Assembly: GCA_045660225.1 (NCBI GenBank)
Contig: JAZRDK010000077.1
Span: 7,528 to 71,527 of the forward strand
Length of the DNA stretch: 64,000 nt
Direction of reading: 5' to 3'
Source: Candidatus Scatosoma sp.
Lineage (GTDB): Bacteria; Bacillota; Clostridia; Christensenellales; Borkfalkiaceae
Part shown: one piece after another, positions 36,144-46,200 of the stretch
Layout: every line of letters starts with the position of its first letter
How positions within the stretch are numbered: the stretch's first letter is position 1
The notes under the pieces: model-generated
Databases searched by the model: none
The model's input: only the letters and a program-made list of their open reading frames with translations
What the model was told of the DNA's origin: nothing
Program-made: the position numbers and the translations under genes

Positions 36144-36776
36144 ATGAAAGGCAAAATTGCTCTTGCAACGGCTTTGGCAACGATTGTAACGGTAGGCGGC
36201 GTATACGCAACCTGGACGTTCTCGGAAGGAGCCGTAACCAACGCATCCACGACGATTGAAGTAGGTATGACGGGCGTATCGACGACGACGGAAAAAGGCA
36301 CGCTTAGCGTAATGACGAGAGGCACGAACTCGTTTAGTTTGGCGGTGGACGACGCCGACAACAACCATTTGCCTGACATTAAAAAATCGGGCGAAATCAT
36401 CGTTACCTTCACCCCTTCCGCTACGGCATCCGACGACATCAAAACCAACGGTATTGACGTACAACTTGCTTTCACGTTCAAAGCGAATAGCGCGGACGGC
36501 CCTGCAACCATCGGCGACTGGAAGTACGCTTCGACGCAGATTTTCGAAATCGCAGCAGACCCCATCCACTTGGAAGGCGATGCCACCCTTAAAAACGCTG
36601 ACGGCGTATTCACTTGGGTAGTCTCTGCAAGCGACGTTGGCATCGATTTGACGACGGCTATGAAATCGGTATTGGTTGACACGTACAGCGAATACGAAGC
36701 GTTTGGCTCGGAACTTACGAAGGGTCACTTTGTTGCAACCGTTAGCGAATGCGACGACACGCACGAATTAGTCTAA
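36144..36776 (+). CDS. Secreted protein (210 aa) with a SipW-cognate-like signal; candidate major subunit
   Basis: MKGKIALATALATIVTVGGVYATWTFSEGA... The mature part is Thr/Ser/Val-rich and looks beta-rich. The RBS is AAAGGAGGA. The overlapping minus-strand ORFs are rejected. Confidence 0.75.
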   Translation: MKGKIALATALATIVTVGGVYATWTFSEGAVTNASTTIEVGMTGVSTTTEKGTLSVMTRGTNSFSLAVDDADNNHLPDIKKSGEIIVTFTPSATASDDIKTNGIDVQLAFTFKANSADGPATIGDWKYASTQIFEIAADPIHLEGDATLKNADGVFTWVVSASDVGIDLTTAMKSVLVDTYSEYEAFGSELTKGHFVATVSECDDTHELV

Positions 36777-36821
36777 TCATCAACAACCGACGATTTGTAA
36801 CCAACAAAGCATAAAAAGGCG

Positions 36822-36857
36822 TATCCCATGATTGTGCGTCATGGGATATGTTCTTTT
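36822..36857 (+). terminator. Intra-operon terminator or attenuator hairpin
   Basis: TATCCCATGA / TCATGGGATA stem followed by TGTTCTTTT. It sits between the first gene and the peptidase gene. Confidence 0.6.
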
Positions 36858-36876
36858 ACGCGCACGAGGCAAAGAA

Positions 36877-37764
36877 ATGACGAGTTATGATATCTACGTT
36901 TTTATACTGTGTCTAATCGTCTTTACTTTATTGACCACGTTGTTTATTTCCCTACTGACGATTATCACCAAGCAGAGTTTGCGCTTGATAAGAGCCGGTG
37001 CGGAAGACGAACGTATCTTTGAAGAGTATTCACGGCGAAAAAACGACGCAAAGAAGTCAGGTTGGCTTTCCACGGCCTTTACCGTCTTTTTTGCGTGTGT
37101 TTTTGCCGTCATTTTTATTTTTACACTGGGTATGCAACTCTTGTCGGACAGTAAAACGACAAGCATCCCCACCTTGCGCGTAGTGTACAGTCAATCGATG
37201 TCGGACAAGTTTGAAAGAAACGAATACCTGTTCAAAAACGACTTAAACGACCAGTTTTCACGCTTTGACATCATCGTCACGTACGAACTTCCTAAGGAAG
37301 AAGACTTGAAATTGTACGACATCGTCGTGTACGAAGTAGACGACACGTTGGTCGTGCACCGCATCGTCGGCATTGAAGAGCCGAACAAAAACCACCCTGA
37401 CGAACGGCATTTCCTTTTGCAGGGCGACTTGGTCGATAGACCAGACAAATTCCCCGTCCGTTACAGTCAAATGAAGGCAATCTACCGTGGCGAATCCGTG
37501 CCCTTTATCGGCAGTTTCGTTATGTTCTTGCAATCGCCTGCGGGCTATTTGTGTCTGCTTTTGGTGTTGGCGGAAATGATTGGTACGCCTATGATTTCTA
37601 AGCGTATCCAACGCGCGGAAAGGGAAAGATACGCGTTGCTTAGCGCAAGAACGGTGCAAAGCGCAAGCCAAAGCGTGCGCGTAAGAAACGCAAAAATCAA
37701 AAAGAAAAATCGGCTTTCACCGCCGATAAACCCCTTCGAACATCGCGATAAAGGGGGTTGGTAG
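36877..37764 (+). CDS. Signal peptidase I, ER/archaeal (SipW) type, with an extra N-terminal membrane region
   Basis: VVYSQSMSD (Ser box), LVVHRIVGIE (His box), LLQGDLVDRPD, and the C-terminal TM FIGSFVMFLQSPAGYLCLLLVL. I chose ATG 36877 because the earlier starts lie inside the hairpin. It ends in TAG. Confidence 0.8.
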   Translation: MTSYDIYVFILCLIVFTLLTTLFISLLTIITKQSLRLIRAGAEDERIFEEYSRRKNDAKKSGWLSTAFTVFFACVFAVIFIFTLGMQLLSDSKTTSIPTLRVVYSQSMSDKFERNEYLFKNDLNDQFSRFDIIVTYELPKEEDLKLYDIVVYEVDDTLVVHRIVGIEEPNKNHPDERHFLLQGDLVDRPDKFPVRYSQMKAIYRGESVPFIGSFVMFLQSPAGYLCLLLVLAEMIGTPMISKRIQRAERERYALLSARTVQSASQSVRVRNAKIKKKNRLSPPINPFEHRDKGGW

Positions 37765-37765
37765 T

Positions 37766-39172
37766 ATGCGTCACGGTTTTGGGCGTATTCTCGCCTCGCT
37801 CCTTTTATTTACCATTATAACGATATCGGGCGTGTACGCGACCTGGATGTTTTCGGAAGGCGCGCCGCAAACGGATTCCGATTCCATCGGCGTAGAACTT
37901 ATGGACTTCACGTTTGCGCCCAAAGAAACGTTGCACATTACGGCAGTTTCGTTGGTTTCCACGCAAAACGCGTCCAGTTCCAGCGTAAGTTTCACGCACC
38001 CCACCTACCTTTCGTCTACCGCCAACGTGCGCCAAAGAAACGGTACGGTTACCTACAAAGTTACCTTGTACAACAACACCAACGTTACGTACTGGTATTT
38101 AGGGCCGTCTTGGAAAACTAACGACGGAAACAACGCGCTTATCGGCGCAACCAACGGCATCACCATCACGACGAAAGACAACTATGACGACAACGGCGCG
38201 ACGTTTAACGCCGACGACTGGGTTCCACCCTACACGGAACGCGACATTTACGTCACCTATCAATTCGGCTCTAACGCGGTTTTGTCGGCAGTTTCGACGA
38301 CGATTTCCTTGGATTTCGGTATGAAAATGGACGCCGTACACGACGGTTTCCTTGCCGTACTCAACACTGCCACCAGTTATCAATCCTTGCAAGAAGTTTT
38401 CGATAAGCGTTATCAAGAAACGGGCTCGACCACGCTTGCAAACGTTGGCACGGACACACAATTTATCAACGACCTGTTCGGCGGAACGCCGACCATCAAA
38501 GTCGATGGCCAAGACGTGCCCGTAACCATCGTGATTGAGCGTACCAACGTGGACGGTTTGACGACGGGCGATAACTACAACGTAAACGGCGGGCCTACGG
38601 GTTGCGAATACACCTTGTACATCACGGTCGACGCAATGGATTCGCCCACGGGACAAGCCATGGTCTATGCGGTATCCTATTCCTACGGCGGCGTAGGCAA
38701 CACGGGCGAGTGGTATCAACTTGGACAACTGTACGAAGGCACTGCGCCTTTAACCGAATACGGAAACACGGGCAAACTTGTTATGGACGTCGACGGTTGG
38801 AAGGCAACCGCAAACGATTACGAGTTTGTCGACGGGTATTATTACAAAGTCGGTTATGAACAAGGCGACCAGTACGCCAAGTACAAGACGATTGAAGAAT
38901 TGATGTCGTGTAACGACCAAAACTTCTACAACGACATCGACAACTCGCGTCTTTTGATGAAGGCGTACGCTATCGTTTATAATAGCAGTAACTACAATAA
39001 ACCGGGCTACGAAGGTTTGCGTACGGCATTTGAACACGCCGCGCCCTTCTACACGGTGCACAACAACGGACAGGAAGTAAAAATCAACCGTGTCGCAAAG
39101 CGTGCGGAACTTATCCCCTACATCGTCGCTATTCAACACGCGTACGATTATTACAACCAAGTCAACCCCTAA
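37766..39172 (+). CDS. Secreted protein (468 aa) with the same SipW-cognate-like signal
   Basis: MRHGFGRILASLLLFTIITISGVYATWMFSEGAPQ... It starts 2 nt after the peptidase stop. No family recognised for the mature part. Confidence 0.75.
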   Translation: MRHGFGRILASLLLFTIITISGVYATWMFSEGAPQTDSDSIGVELMDFTFAPKETLHITAVSLVSTQNASSSSVSFTHPTYLSSTANVRQRNGTVTYKVTLYNNTNVTYWYLGPSWKTNDGNNALIGATNGITITTKDNYDDNGATFNADDWVPPYTERDIYVTYQFGSNAVLSAVSTTISLDFGMKMDAVHDGFLAVLNTATSYQSLQEVFDKRYQETGSTTLANVGTDTQFINDLFGGTPTIKVDGQDVPVTIVIERTNVDGLTTGDNYNVNGGPTGCEYTLYITVDAMDSPTGQAMVYAVSYSYGGVGNTGEWYQLGQLYEGTAPLTEYGNTGKLVMDVDGWKATANDYEFVDGYYYKVGYEQGDQYAKYKTIEELMSCNDQNFYNDIDNSRLLMKAYAIVYNSSNYNKPGYEGLRTAFEHAAPFYTVHNNGQEVKINRVAKRAELIPYIVAIQHAYDYYNQVNP

Positions 39173-39185
39173 AAAAATACGACGA

Positions 39186-39216
39186 AAAAGGACGGGCGTG
39201 CGCTCGTCCTTTTTTT
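39186..39216 (+). terminator. Rho-independent terminator
   Basis: GGACGGGC / GCTCGTCC stem followed by TTTTTTT. Confidence 0.75.
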
Positions 39217-39222
39217 ACGGGT

Positions 39223-39255
39223 TTTTCTTTCGGCAATCTTTCCGTTGGCACTTGA
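39223..39255 (+). repeat. 33-nt intergenic motif, copy 1 (partner at 43154..43186)
   Basis: TTTTCTTTCGGCAATCTTTCCGTTGGCACTTGA versus TTTTCTTTTGGCAATCTGTACGTTGGTACTTGA: 29 of 33 positions are identical. Both copies lie directly after a terminator T-run. Confidence 0.8.
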
Positions 39256-39456
39256 TAATATAGAAACATCTTCTCCCGCGATTTCTTGAGATAAGTTTTT
39301 GAAACGGAGCGTTGATATGAGTTCAAAAAAGAAACGGGAAGAAAACACGATTGAGTGGGAATTTGGGATAGATTGGTTCAAAGACCTGCAGGAAAAAGTC
39401 AAGTATATTTTTGTTTTGTCGTATACAGTCGTACGTTCCCAACAAGGGACGGTTTT

Positions 39457-40329
39457 TTATTCTTTGCCTTTTTTGAAATTGCTGGGATACGTACCGAAAT
39501 GTTTTTTGAATGCGCGACTTAAATTACACGGCGTAGAATACCCTGTTACTTCGGCAATTTCCGCCAACCTTTTACCTTCCGAAAGCAACAAGGCGGCGTA
39601 TTCCATTTTCTTTCTTAAAAGATATTCGACGGGGGTTACGTCGTACGCGTTTTTGAAAATTTTACAAATATGCCCGTACGTATAACCAAACGTTGCGGAA
39701 AGCTCTTCTAAAGAACAGATATCCAAAAAATGCGCGTCGATGTATTGCAAAATATCATCCGTCGTCGTTTTCGTTGCGAGTTTCTCTTGCGGAGCAGGTA
39801 CTTCCTTTCGCACCAAATTCACCAAAACGGTTGTGATTAAACTTTCCAAACTTTGCGCAAAAAAGTCCTGCTTGGTAGACAAAAACTCCCCGATAATCGC
39901 GGTGAAATAATGCGCAAGTTGCGGACAAACTTGCTTTCTGTTTTGCAAAAAACGTTGTTTTAGAAGGCGAAACAATTCCTGGCTTTGCGGATTGGTAAAA
40001 TTGACGGCAAACGTTTGAAAACGGCAACCCACACGGCTAAAAAGCAGGTGTTTTTCCCCCTTAAACGACAAATACGCTTCGTGTTTGCGCAATTTTTCGA
40101 GTCTTTCGTCCGTTTGGCAAAACAAACCGTTGGTGGTGGGAAAGGTAACTTCTAAATCGCAATGTTGCAAATGGTTATTGATATGAAAAGCGTTGTTATA
40201 ATACAATTCCGCCACCTGCAAAACCTCGTAATTTTGCAGTTGAATCGGCGACAAAAGCGCGCCCGTTTCCCAGTCGCAAAAACTGTTTTCAAAGACAAAA
40301 GAATGTTGCGTTTTATAAAAATTTTTCAT
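39457..40329 (-). CDS. AraC family transcriptional regulator
   Basis: C-terminal double HTH (LEELSATFGYTYGHICKIFKNAYDVTPVEYLLRKKMEYAALLL ... TGYSTPCNLSRAFKKHFGTYPS). I chose ATG 40329 from the promoter geometry. Confidence 0.85.
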   Translation of the reverse strand: MKNFYKTQHSFVFENSFCDWETGALLSPIQLQNYEVLQVAELYYNNAFHINNHLQHCDLEVTFPTTNGLFCQTDERLEKLRKHEAYLSFKGEKHLLFSRVGCRFQTFAVNFTNPQSQELFRLLKQRFLQNRKQVCPQLAHYFTAIIGEFLSTKQDFFAQSLESLITTVLVNLVRKEVPAPQEKLATKTTTDDILQYIDAHFLDICSLEELSATFGYTYGHICKIFKNAYDVTPVEYLLRKKMEYAALLLSEGKRLAEIAEVTGYSTPCNLSRAFKKHFGTYPSNFKKGKE

Positions 40330-40335
40330 AGCCGT

Positions 40336-40364
40336 ATTATACCACAAGCCCCCGCGCTTGTCAA
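40336..40364 (-). promoter_or_regulatory. Consensus sigma-70 promoter placed for a leaderless AraC mRNA
   Basis: The minus strand reads TTGACA, a 17-nt spacer, TATAAT, then ACGGCT-ATG. No SD sequence is present. Confidence 0.6.
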
Positions 40365-40410
40365 TATATGAAATCACAAAAAATGATATGTTGTTTTTCT
40401 TTTTACGATA

Positions 40411-40438
40411 TTGCATTTTTACAAAAGGATGCTATAAT
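40411..40438 (+). promoter_or_regulatory. Divergent sigma-70-type promoter for the 40471..43117 operon
   Basis: TTGCAT, a 16-nt spacer, then TATAAT. Confidence 0.55.
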
Positions 40439-40470
40439 GAAGGTATATCCAACCGATAAGGAGTAAAACT

Positions 40471-41931
40471 ATGGAAAAGCGTTGGTTGCTGGTTGTGGAT
40501 TCCTACGAAGGAATCTCCAAGACCGCCGTAAATATGCTTTCGGGCTTTGTTTCCGGGCTTATTTCCTACGTATTGCCGATTAAACACGTAAGCGACGTCA
40601 CCCAAGCCGAGCTTACAGAACGCAACGTCATTGCAGTAGGAAAACTGGAAACGCACCCCCTTTTATCGGCGTACGCGCAAAAAGAATTGCTTTGCGTACC
40701 GAAAACAGCGGAAGGCTACGCTATTTACGTGGGTAAAACGCCAGGCCAGGAAAATAGCCAAACGATTGCCATCGCAGGCGCGGACGAAAACGGCGTTTTG
40801 TACGGTTGTATGCAATTTATGGGCGAATATTGTGGCGACGTTCTGTATCAAGAAGGCTATATATGGGGCAAAAGTTTCTTTGAAAATCCTTTGGAAAGAA
40901 CTTTGCTCCCGTGGAAGACGAGCGCCGTACCTGCCGTAAAGACGCGCGCAATTTGGACCTGGGGCTACGTCATTTACGATTACAAATCCTTTTTCGAAAA
41001 TATGGCGCGCCTGCGCTTAAACGAAGTCGTCATCTGGAACGATTACGTCCCCTTTAACGCCAAGGAAGTGGTTGCCTACGCGCACACGTTAGGCATTAAG
41101 GTCATTTGGGGCTTTGCGTGGGGTTGGGCAAACAAATGCGCCGAAACGATAGAAACGCTCTGTAGCGAAGAACGGTTGAGAAATTTGAAGGCGGAAGTGC
41201 TTGCAACCTACGAAACACAATACGCGCAGGCAGGTGGCGACGGCATTTATTTTCAATCGTTTACCGAATTAAACGAAGACAAAGTCAACGGGAAATGTAT
41301 CGCGGAAATCGTCACCGAGCTTGTCAACGATATTTCCAGCACGCTTTTGGAAAGATTCCCTGATTTACATATTCAATTTGGGTTACACGCGACGTCGGTA
41401 AAACGGCATTTGCCCGTTTTACAAAACGTAGACAAGCGCATCCATATCGTTTGGGAAGATTGCGGTGCTTTCCCCTATCATTACTACACCGACAAAGTAG
41501 AAAACTTTAACGAAACGTATGACTTCACGCAAACATTGCTGAAATTACGTGGCGAAAACGAACGATTCGGCGCGGTGATAAAAGGTATGATGAATTTGGA
41601 CTGGGGAACGTTTGAACACCATACGGGCAGTTATATTCTCGGCGAACGTACGAAAACGTTTTTACGCGAACGGCAACTGAAAAAAGACAAGGTTTGGAAG
41701 GTTGTGCGTGGCGGTTGGTTGAAAAACGCCGAATACGTGCGCAAGATAATTTCGCTGATTGCTAAAGACGGCAACGAGCCGATTGTCGAAGCGCTTGTGG
41801 AAGACGCCATGTTAGAAAATAAAATTACGTTGCCCGTCGCCATTTTCGCGCAAACACTTTGGACGCCCGACGACGACGTAGAAACCATCATCGCCCGCGC
41901 AAGCAAAAATTCTTTTGTAGAAACGGAGTAA
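40471..41931 (+). CDS. Putative glycoside hydrolase-like protein (N-terminal alpha/beta domain plus TIM-barrel-like core)
   Basis: IAIAGADENGVLYGCMQFMGEY resembles the N-domain signature of GH20/GH67/DUF4838-type enzymes. It is followed by RAIWTWG...LNEVVIWND...GIKVIWGFAWGW. The family is not resolved. Confidence 0.5.
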   Translation: MEKRWLLVVDSYEGISKTAVNMLSGFVSGLISYVLPIKHVSDVTQAELTERNVIAVGKLETHPLLSAYAQKELLCVPKTAEGYAIYVGKTPGQENSQTIAIAGADENGVLYGCMQFMGEYCGDVLYQEGYIWGKSFFENPLERTLLPWKTSAVPAVKTRAIWTWGYVIYDYKSFFENMARLRLNEVVIWNDYVPFNAKEVVAYAHTLGIKVIWGFAWGWANKCAETIETLCSEERLRNLKAEVLATYETQYAQAGGDGIYFQSFTELNEDKVNGKCIAEIVTELVNDISSTLLERFPDLHIQFGLHATSVKRHLPVLQNVDKRIHIVWEDCGAFPYHYYTDKVENFNETYDFTQTLLKLRGENERFGAVIKGMMNLDWGTFEHHTGSYILGERTKTFLRERQLKKDKVWKVVRGGWLKNAEYVRKIISLIAKDGNEPIVEALVEDAMLENKITLPVAIFAQTLWTPDDDVETIIARASKNSFVETE

Positions 41932-41935
41932 AACT

Positions 41936-43117
41936 ATGCAAGAAATTCGTAAAAAATTCAGTGAAGAATTGTTGAAAAACTGTATTCCCTTTTGGCTTAA
42001 AAACGGCGTAGACAAAGAATACGGCGGTGTATTAAATTGTTTAGATAGGACGGGAAAAGTCTATTCGGAAGATAAAAGCGTATGGATGCAAGGTCGCGCC
42101 GGTTGGATGTTCTCGTATATTTACAACCATATCGAGAAAAAGCAAGAATATCTCGACTTTGCAAAAAGTTGCATTGACTTTGCCACGAAATACTGTATCG
42201 ACAAAACGGACGGGAGAATGTATTTTACCGTTACGCGCGACGGTCAACCGCTTAGAAAACGCAGATACTGGTTCAGCGAAACGTTTTACATCATCGCAAA
42301 CGCCGAATACTTTATGGCAACGAAAGACACCGCGTATTTAGAAACGGCGAAAAAATATTTCGAATTCGTCTATGCCATGTACAAAGACCCGTCTACCGAC
42401 CCGTACAAAATCACGCCGAAATCGTATGCGAAAACGCGTGATATGAAAGCGTTGGCAAACCCGATGATTATGCTGAACGTAACGTCGATTATGCGCGACG
42501 CCGACAGGGAAAATTTTGCGTATTATAACGACGTCATTACACAGCTTATCAAGGATATTCAAGCCTTCCATAAGCCTGAATATAAGGCAATGTTTGAAAA
42601 CGTTACAATAGACAACGAAGTGGTGTTGACTTCGTCGCCCTGCCGAGTCATCAACCCCGGCCACGACATCGAGTGCGCTTGGTTTTTGCTGGAAGAAGGC
42701 GTCAAACGTGGCGACAACGCGATTATCGATTTCTCGAAAATGGTGTTCGACGAAGCCTTTGAGCGCGGTTGGGATAAGGAATACGGCGGTATCACCTATT
42801 TCAAAGACGTTTTGGGCTTGCCCGTCGAAGCGTACGAGCACGACATGAAACTTTGGTGGCCTCACAACGAAACGGTGATTGCGTCGCTTATGCTGTATAA
42901 GTACACGGGCGAAGAAAAATATAAAGCCATCTTCGACCAAGTTTGCGATTACGCGTTTTCGCATTTTTCCGACCCTGCTTACGGCGAGTGGTTTGGATAT
43001 TTACGTCGCGACGGACGTCCTACCGAACCGCCTTGTAAAGGACATACCTACAAAGGTCCTTTCCACGTTATGCGTATGCTTGCAAAATGCTTAACGCTCC
43101 TTCAAGAGAACGACTGA
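41936..43117 (+). CDS. N-acylglucosamine 2-epimerase (AGE) family protein
   Basis: LLKNCIPFWLKNGVDKEYGGVLNCLDRTGKVYSEDKSVWMQGR..., HDIECAWFLLE and WPHNE. This is an (alpha/alpha)6 barrel family. Confidence 0.85.
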   Translation: MQEIRKKFSEELLKNCIPFWLKNGVDKEYGGVLNCLDRTGKVYSEDKSVWMQGRAGWMFSYIYNHIEKKQEYLDFAKSCIDFATKYCIDKTDGRMYFTVTRDGQPLRKRRYWFSETFYIIANAEYFMATKDTAYLETAKKYFEFVYAMYKDPSTDPYKITPKSYAKTRDMKALANPMIMLNVTSIMRDADRENFAYYNDVITQLIKDIQAFHKPEYKAMFENVTIDNEVVLTSSPCRVINPGHDIECAWFLLEEGVKRGDNAIIDFSKMVFDEAFERGWDKEYGGITYFKDVLGLPVEAYEHDMKLWWPHNETVIASLMLYKYTGEEKYKAIFDQVCDYAFSHFSDPAYGEWFGYLRRDGRPTEPPCKGHTYKGPFHVMRMLAKCLTLLQEND

Positions 43118-43132
43118 TACGATAATAAACGT

Positions 43133-43158
43133 AAAGCGCCTATTTAGGCGCTTTTTTC
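43133..43158 (+). terminator. Rho-independent terminator
   Basis: GCGCC-TATTTA-GGCGC followed by TTTTTT. Confidence 0.75.
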
Positions 43159-43186
43159 TTTTGGCAATCTGTACGTTGGTACTTGA
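43154..43186 (+). repeat. 33-nt intergenic motif, copy 2
   Basis: See 39223..39255. This copy supplies the -35 region of the helicase promoter. Confidence 0.8.
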
Positions 43187-43211
43187 AATTTGCAAAAAAA
43201 GATGGTATAAT
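43183..43211 (+). promoter_or_regulatory. Sigma-70-type promoter of the helicase-nuclease gene
   Basis: TTGAAA, a 17-nt spacer, then TATAAT. Confidence 0.65.
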
Positions 43212-43243
43212 AAAAGAAATATTGTAATTTTAGGTATGGACAA

Positions 43244-46200
43244 ATGAGCGCGGAAAAGTTAAACAAATGGGCAGAATTATTACTGGATACGGGGAAACGC
43301 AACAACCTTATCCATTTCAAGGACACGAAAAAGGGTTCGGTGGAAATTCTTTTCCCCGATTTCGTCACGCTTTTTAACCGAGCGGACCACTCTGCCGTGT
43401 TTGAAGTGTACGACCCGAAATTAGAAGACGAAGAAGAAGATTTCGATTTTCTCGACGAGGACGTAGAAGAAACGCAAAATGGAAAGCGTATCCCTAAGGA
43501 CGTTTATCTAAACGCGTACAAGGGCAAGCTGAAAAAGAACCAAATCCTTGTCTACAACGCCGTCAATAAGCCCCTTTCCGCCCTGAAAGACATCAGCAAG
43601 AAAGCAAGAAGCGCCGTAGAAGAAACGGGTGTAAACATCGCGTATATCGCCTTCGGTTTTATCCATTGGTGCGAGCCCGAGCATCCGCAAACGTTTATGC
43701 GCGCGCCTATTTTGCTTGCGCCGATTACGATTGAAAACGAATCTTCTATCGAGCCGTTCCACGTGAAAATTACGGACGACGAAATTATCGTCAACCCTAC
43801 GTTCGCCTTCAAACTGCAAAACGAATACGGCATCAAATTGCCCGAATTCGACGACGATTTGGGCATCGAAGGGTATTTTGAAAGCATAGAAGCGTTGATT
43901 TGTAAACTCAAATGGACGGTGTCAACCGAGTGTAAAATCGGCATTTTCTCTTTCTTGAAATTGAATATGTACAAAGACCTTAAGGACAACGCGCCGACCA
44001 TCGCAAAACACCAAAGCGTGCGCGCTTTACTTGGCGATTTGGGCGCAGGCGCAACCTTAACGGAAGACGAAGGCGACGACGTCGACCTTTTAGATTTGCA
44101 CAACGTCGTAGACGCGGACTCTAGCCAGGCGGAAGCGATTGCTATGGCTTTACGCGGTAAAAGTTTCGTGTTGCAAGGCCCGCCGGGCACGGGCAAAAGC
44201 CAAACGATTACCAACGTCATCGCCGAGTGTTTGTTACACGGCAAAAAGGTGCTGTTCGTTTCCGAAAAACTTGCCGCGCTGAACGTCGTTTATGAAAAAT
44301 TGAAAAACGCAGGCTTAGAAGAATTTTGTTTGGAATTGCACAGCCACAAAGCCAACAAAAAACAGGTCATTGAAGAGCTTTGCCACACCTTAAAACTGCA
44401 AAAAAGCGGTGTTTCTGGGCAGGCAGAACGCGAATTGAAGGCAAAAAAGGACGCCCAACACACGTTGGACGCGTACGCGGAAGAACTGCATAAAGTTCGA
44501 CCTATCATCGGCAAAACGCTGTACGAATTATATGAAGAAACGGCGACGTATCGCTCTGCCCCCGACTTACAATTCGTCGTATACGACCTGAAAAATAAAG
44601 GCGAAGACTATCTCGAAAAGGCGGAATCCGCGCTTTCTCGCTACGTCGACTATATCCCGTCGGTTGGGTACGACTACCGCGAGAATATTTGGTACGGATA
44701 TACGAGCACCGACGTTTCCTACCAGGCGGTAATGGAGCTGAAAGCCGACCTTTTGTCCGTTGCCGAGCTTGGTCGCGCCCTTCAAGAAATTTCTAATCGC
44801 ACGGACGAACGTTTTAACCTGCCTGCAAACACGCTGGCTCGCGCGCGCGTCCTGCAAAAATTCTTGGCGCTTGCGAAAGACAGTCGTTTTATCACGCCTT
44901 CGCTTTTGGTTTCGTCTACGTTGCATAAAACGTTGACTGCCTTGAAAGAAATGCAGGCGCTTGCCAAGGTAGTTTTAGAAAAGAAAGCCGTCTTGGACAA
45001 AACGTTTGACGAAGACGTATACAAGCTGGACGGACAAGCTCTGCATAAAAAGGTAACGAAGGAATTTAACGCCTTCTTCCCCCGTCTTTTTAGTGGCGAA
45101 TACAAACGCATCGCCAAGGAAATTCGGCTCTGTAAAAAAGACGGAACGCGGGCGCGCTACGACGAAGTAAGAAACACTTTGGACACGTTGCGCGTATACC
45201 AGCAAAAACTTGCCGAATTCAACGCCCTGCAACGGACGATTGCAAAATATCTCAACACGGCGTATCAAGGCGTCGACACCGACTTTGCGCGGTGCTTACA
45301 AGAGTTGCAAGCGTTGGAAAGCGTACAGGCGCAAGGCGCAAGATTTGGGAAATTAGCCGTGATGAAAAACGAAGAATTTTCCGCGGAGCAACCCCTTTTC
45401 AAACAGTTGTACGAGCAGTATACAAAGGCGTTTGAAAGGTACGGCGACGCGGAACGTCGAATCACCGCTTGTTTCGATTTGCGCGCGTTCGATATGCAGA
45501 ACGTTTCCCTGCTCACCTTAATCAAGAAATGCGAAAACTGCCACGAAAACGCCGACAATTTGGACAACTGGCAAGAATTTACCAAACTTTTGCAACTGTT
45601 GAAAGGCTTAGATTTGCTCTCTTACGTCAACTACGCCATCGTCAACAAGGTCAAGCCGGAAGACGTCGTTGGCGCGTACAAAAAAGCCTTCTATTTGCAA
45701 TGGGTAGACGCCGTCCTTCGCGAATCGCCTACGCTTGTCAGCTTAGCGCGCGTTATCCACGACGAAACGGTGAAACGTTTCAAAGAAAAGGACGAATTGC
45801 ATTTTGAAATCAACAAGGCGAAAATCAAGGCTACGCTTTCCGCTCAGCGTCCGAAACTGGATATGGTGGCGCAGGGCAGTAGCATCGCAATTTTGCTTCG
45901 CGAAGGCGAGAAGAAACGCAAACAAAAAGGGATTCGCGTATTGCTTTCGGAAATCGGCGACTTGGCGCAAACCTTAAAGCCTTGCTTTTTGATGTCGCCA
46001 CTGAGCGTCAGTACGTATTTGGGCGCGGATATGCAATTTGACGTCGTCATTTTCGACGAGGCGTCGCAAATCTTCCCCCAAGACGCGGTTGGCGCGATTT
46101 ACCGCGGAAAACAGCTGATTGTCGTGGGCGATTCTAAGCAAATGCCACCCAGCAACTTCTTCAACGCGTCGACGGAAACGGACGGCGAAGACGAAGACGA

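Noticed and set aside
35906-36764. Minus-strand ORFs 35906..36682 and 36096..36764, which overlap the first SipW-operon gene.
   Set aside because: The plus-strand gene has a promoter, an RBS and the signal motif shared with 37766..39172. The minus-strand frames lack starts with an RBS and look like antisense shadows.
39299-39685. Plus-strand ORF of 128 aa, together with a plus-strand hairpin and T-run at 39434-39458. These hinted at a small gene or sRNA convergent with the AraC gene.
   Set aside because: The ORF runs antisense into the AraC coding region and has no stop before the hairpin. The upstream copy of the 33-nt motif lacks a -10 box. A short antisense or read-through transcript cannot be excluded, but the sequence alone does not support one.
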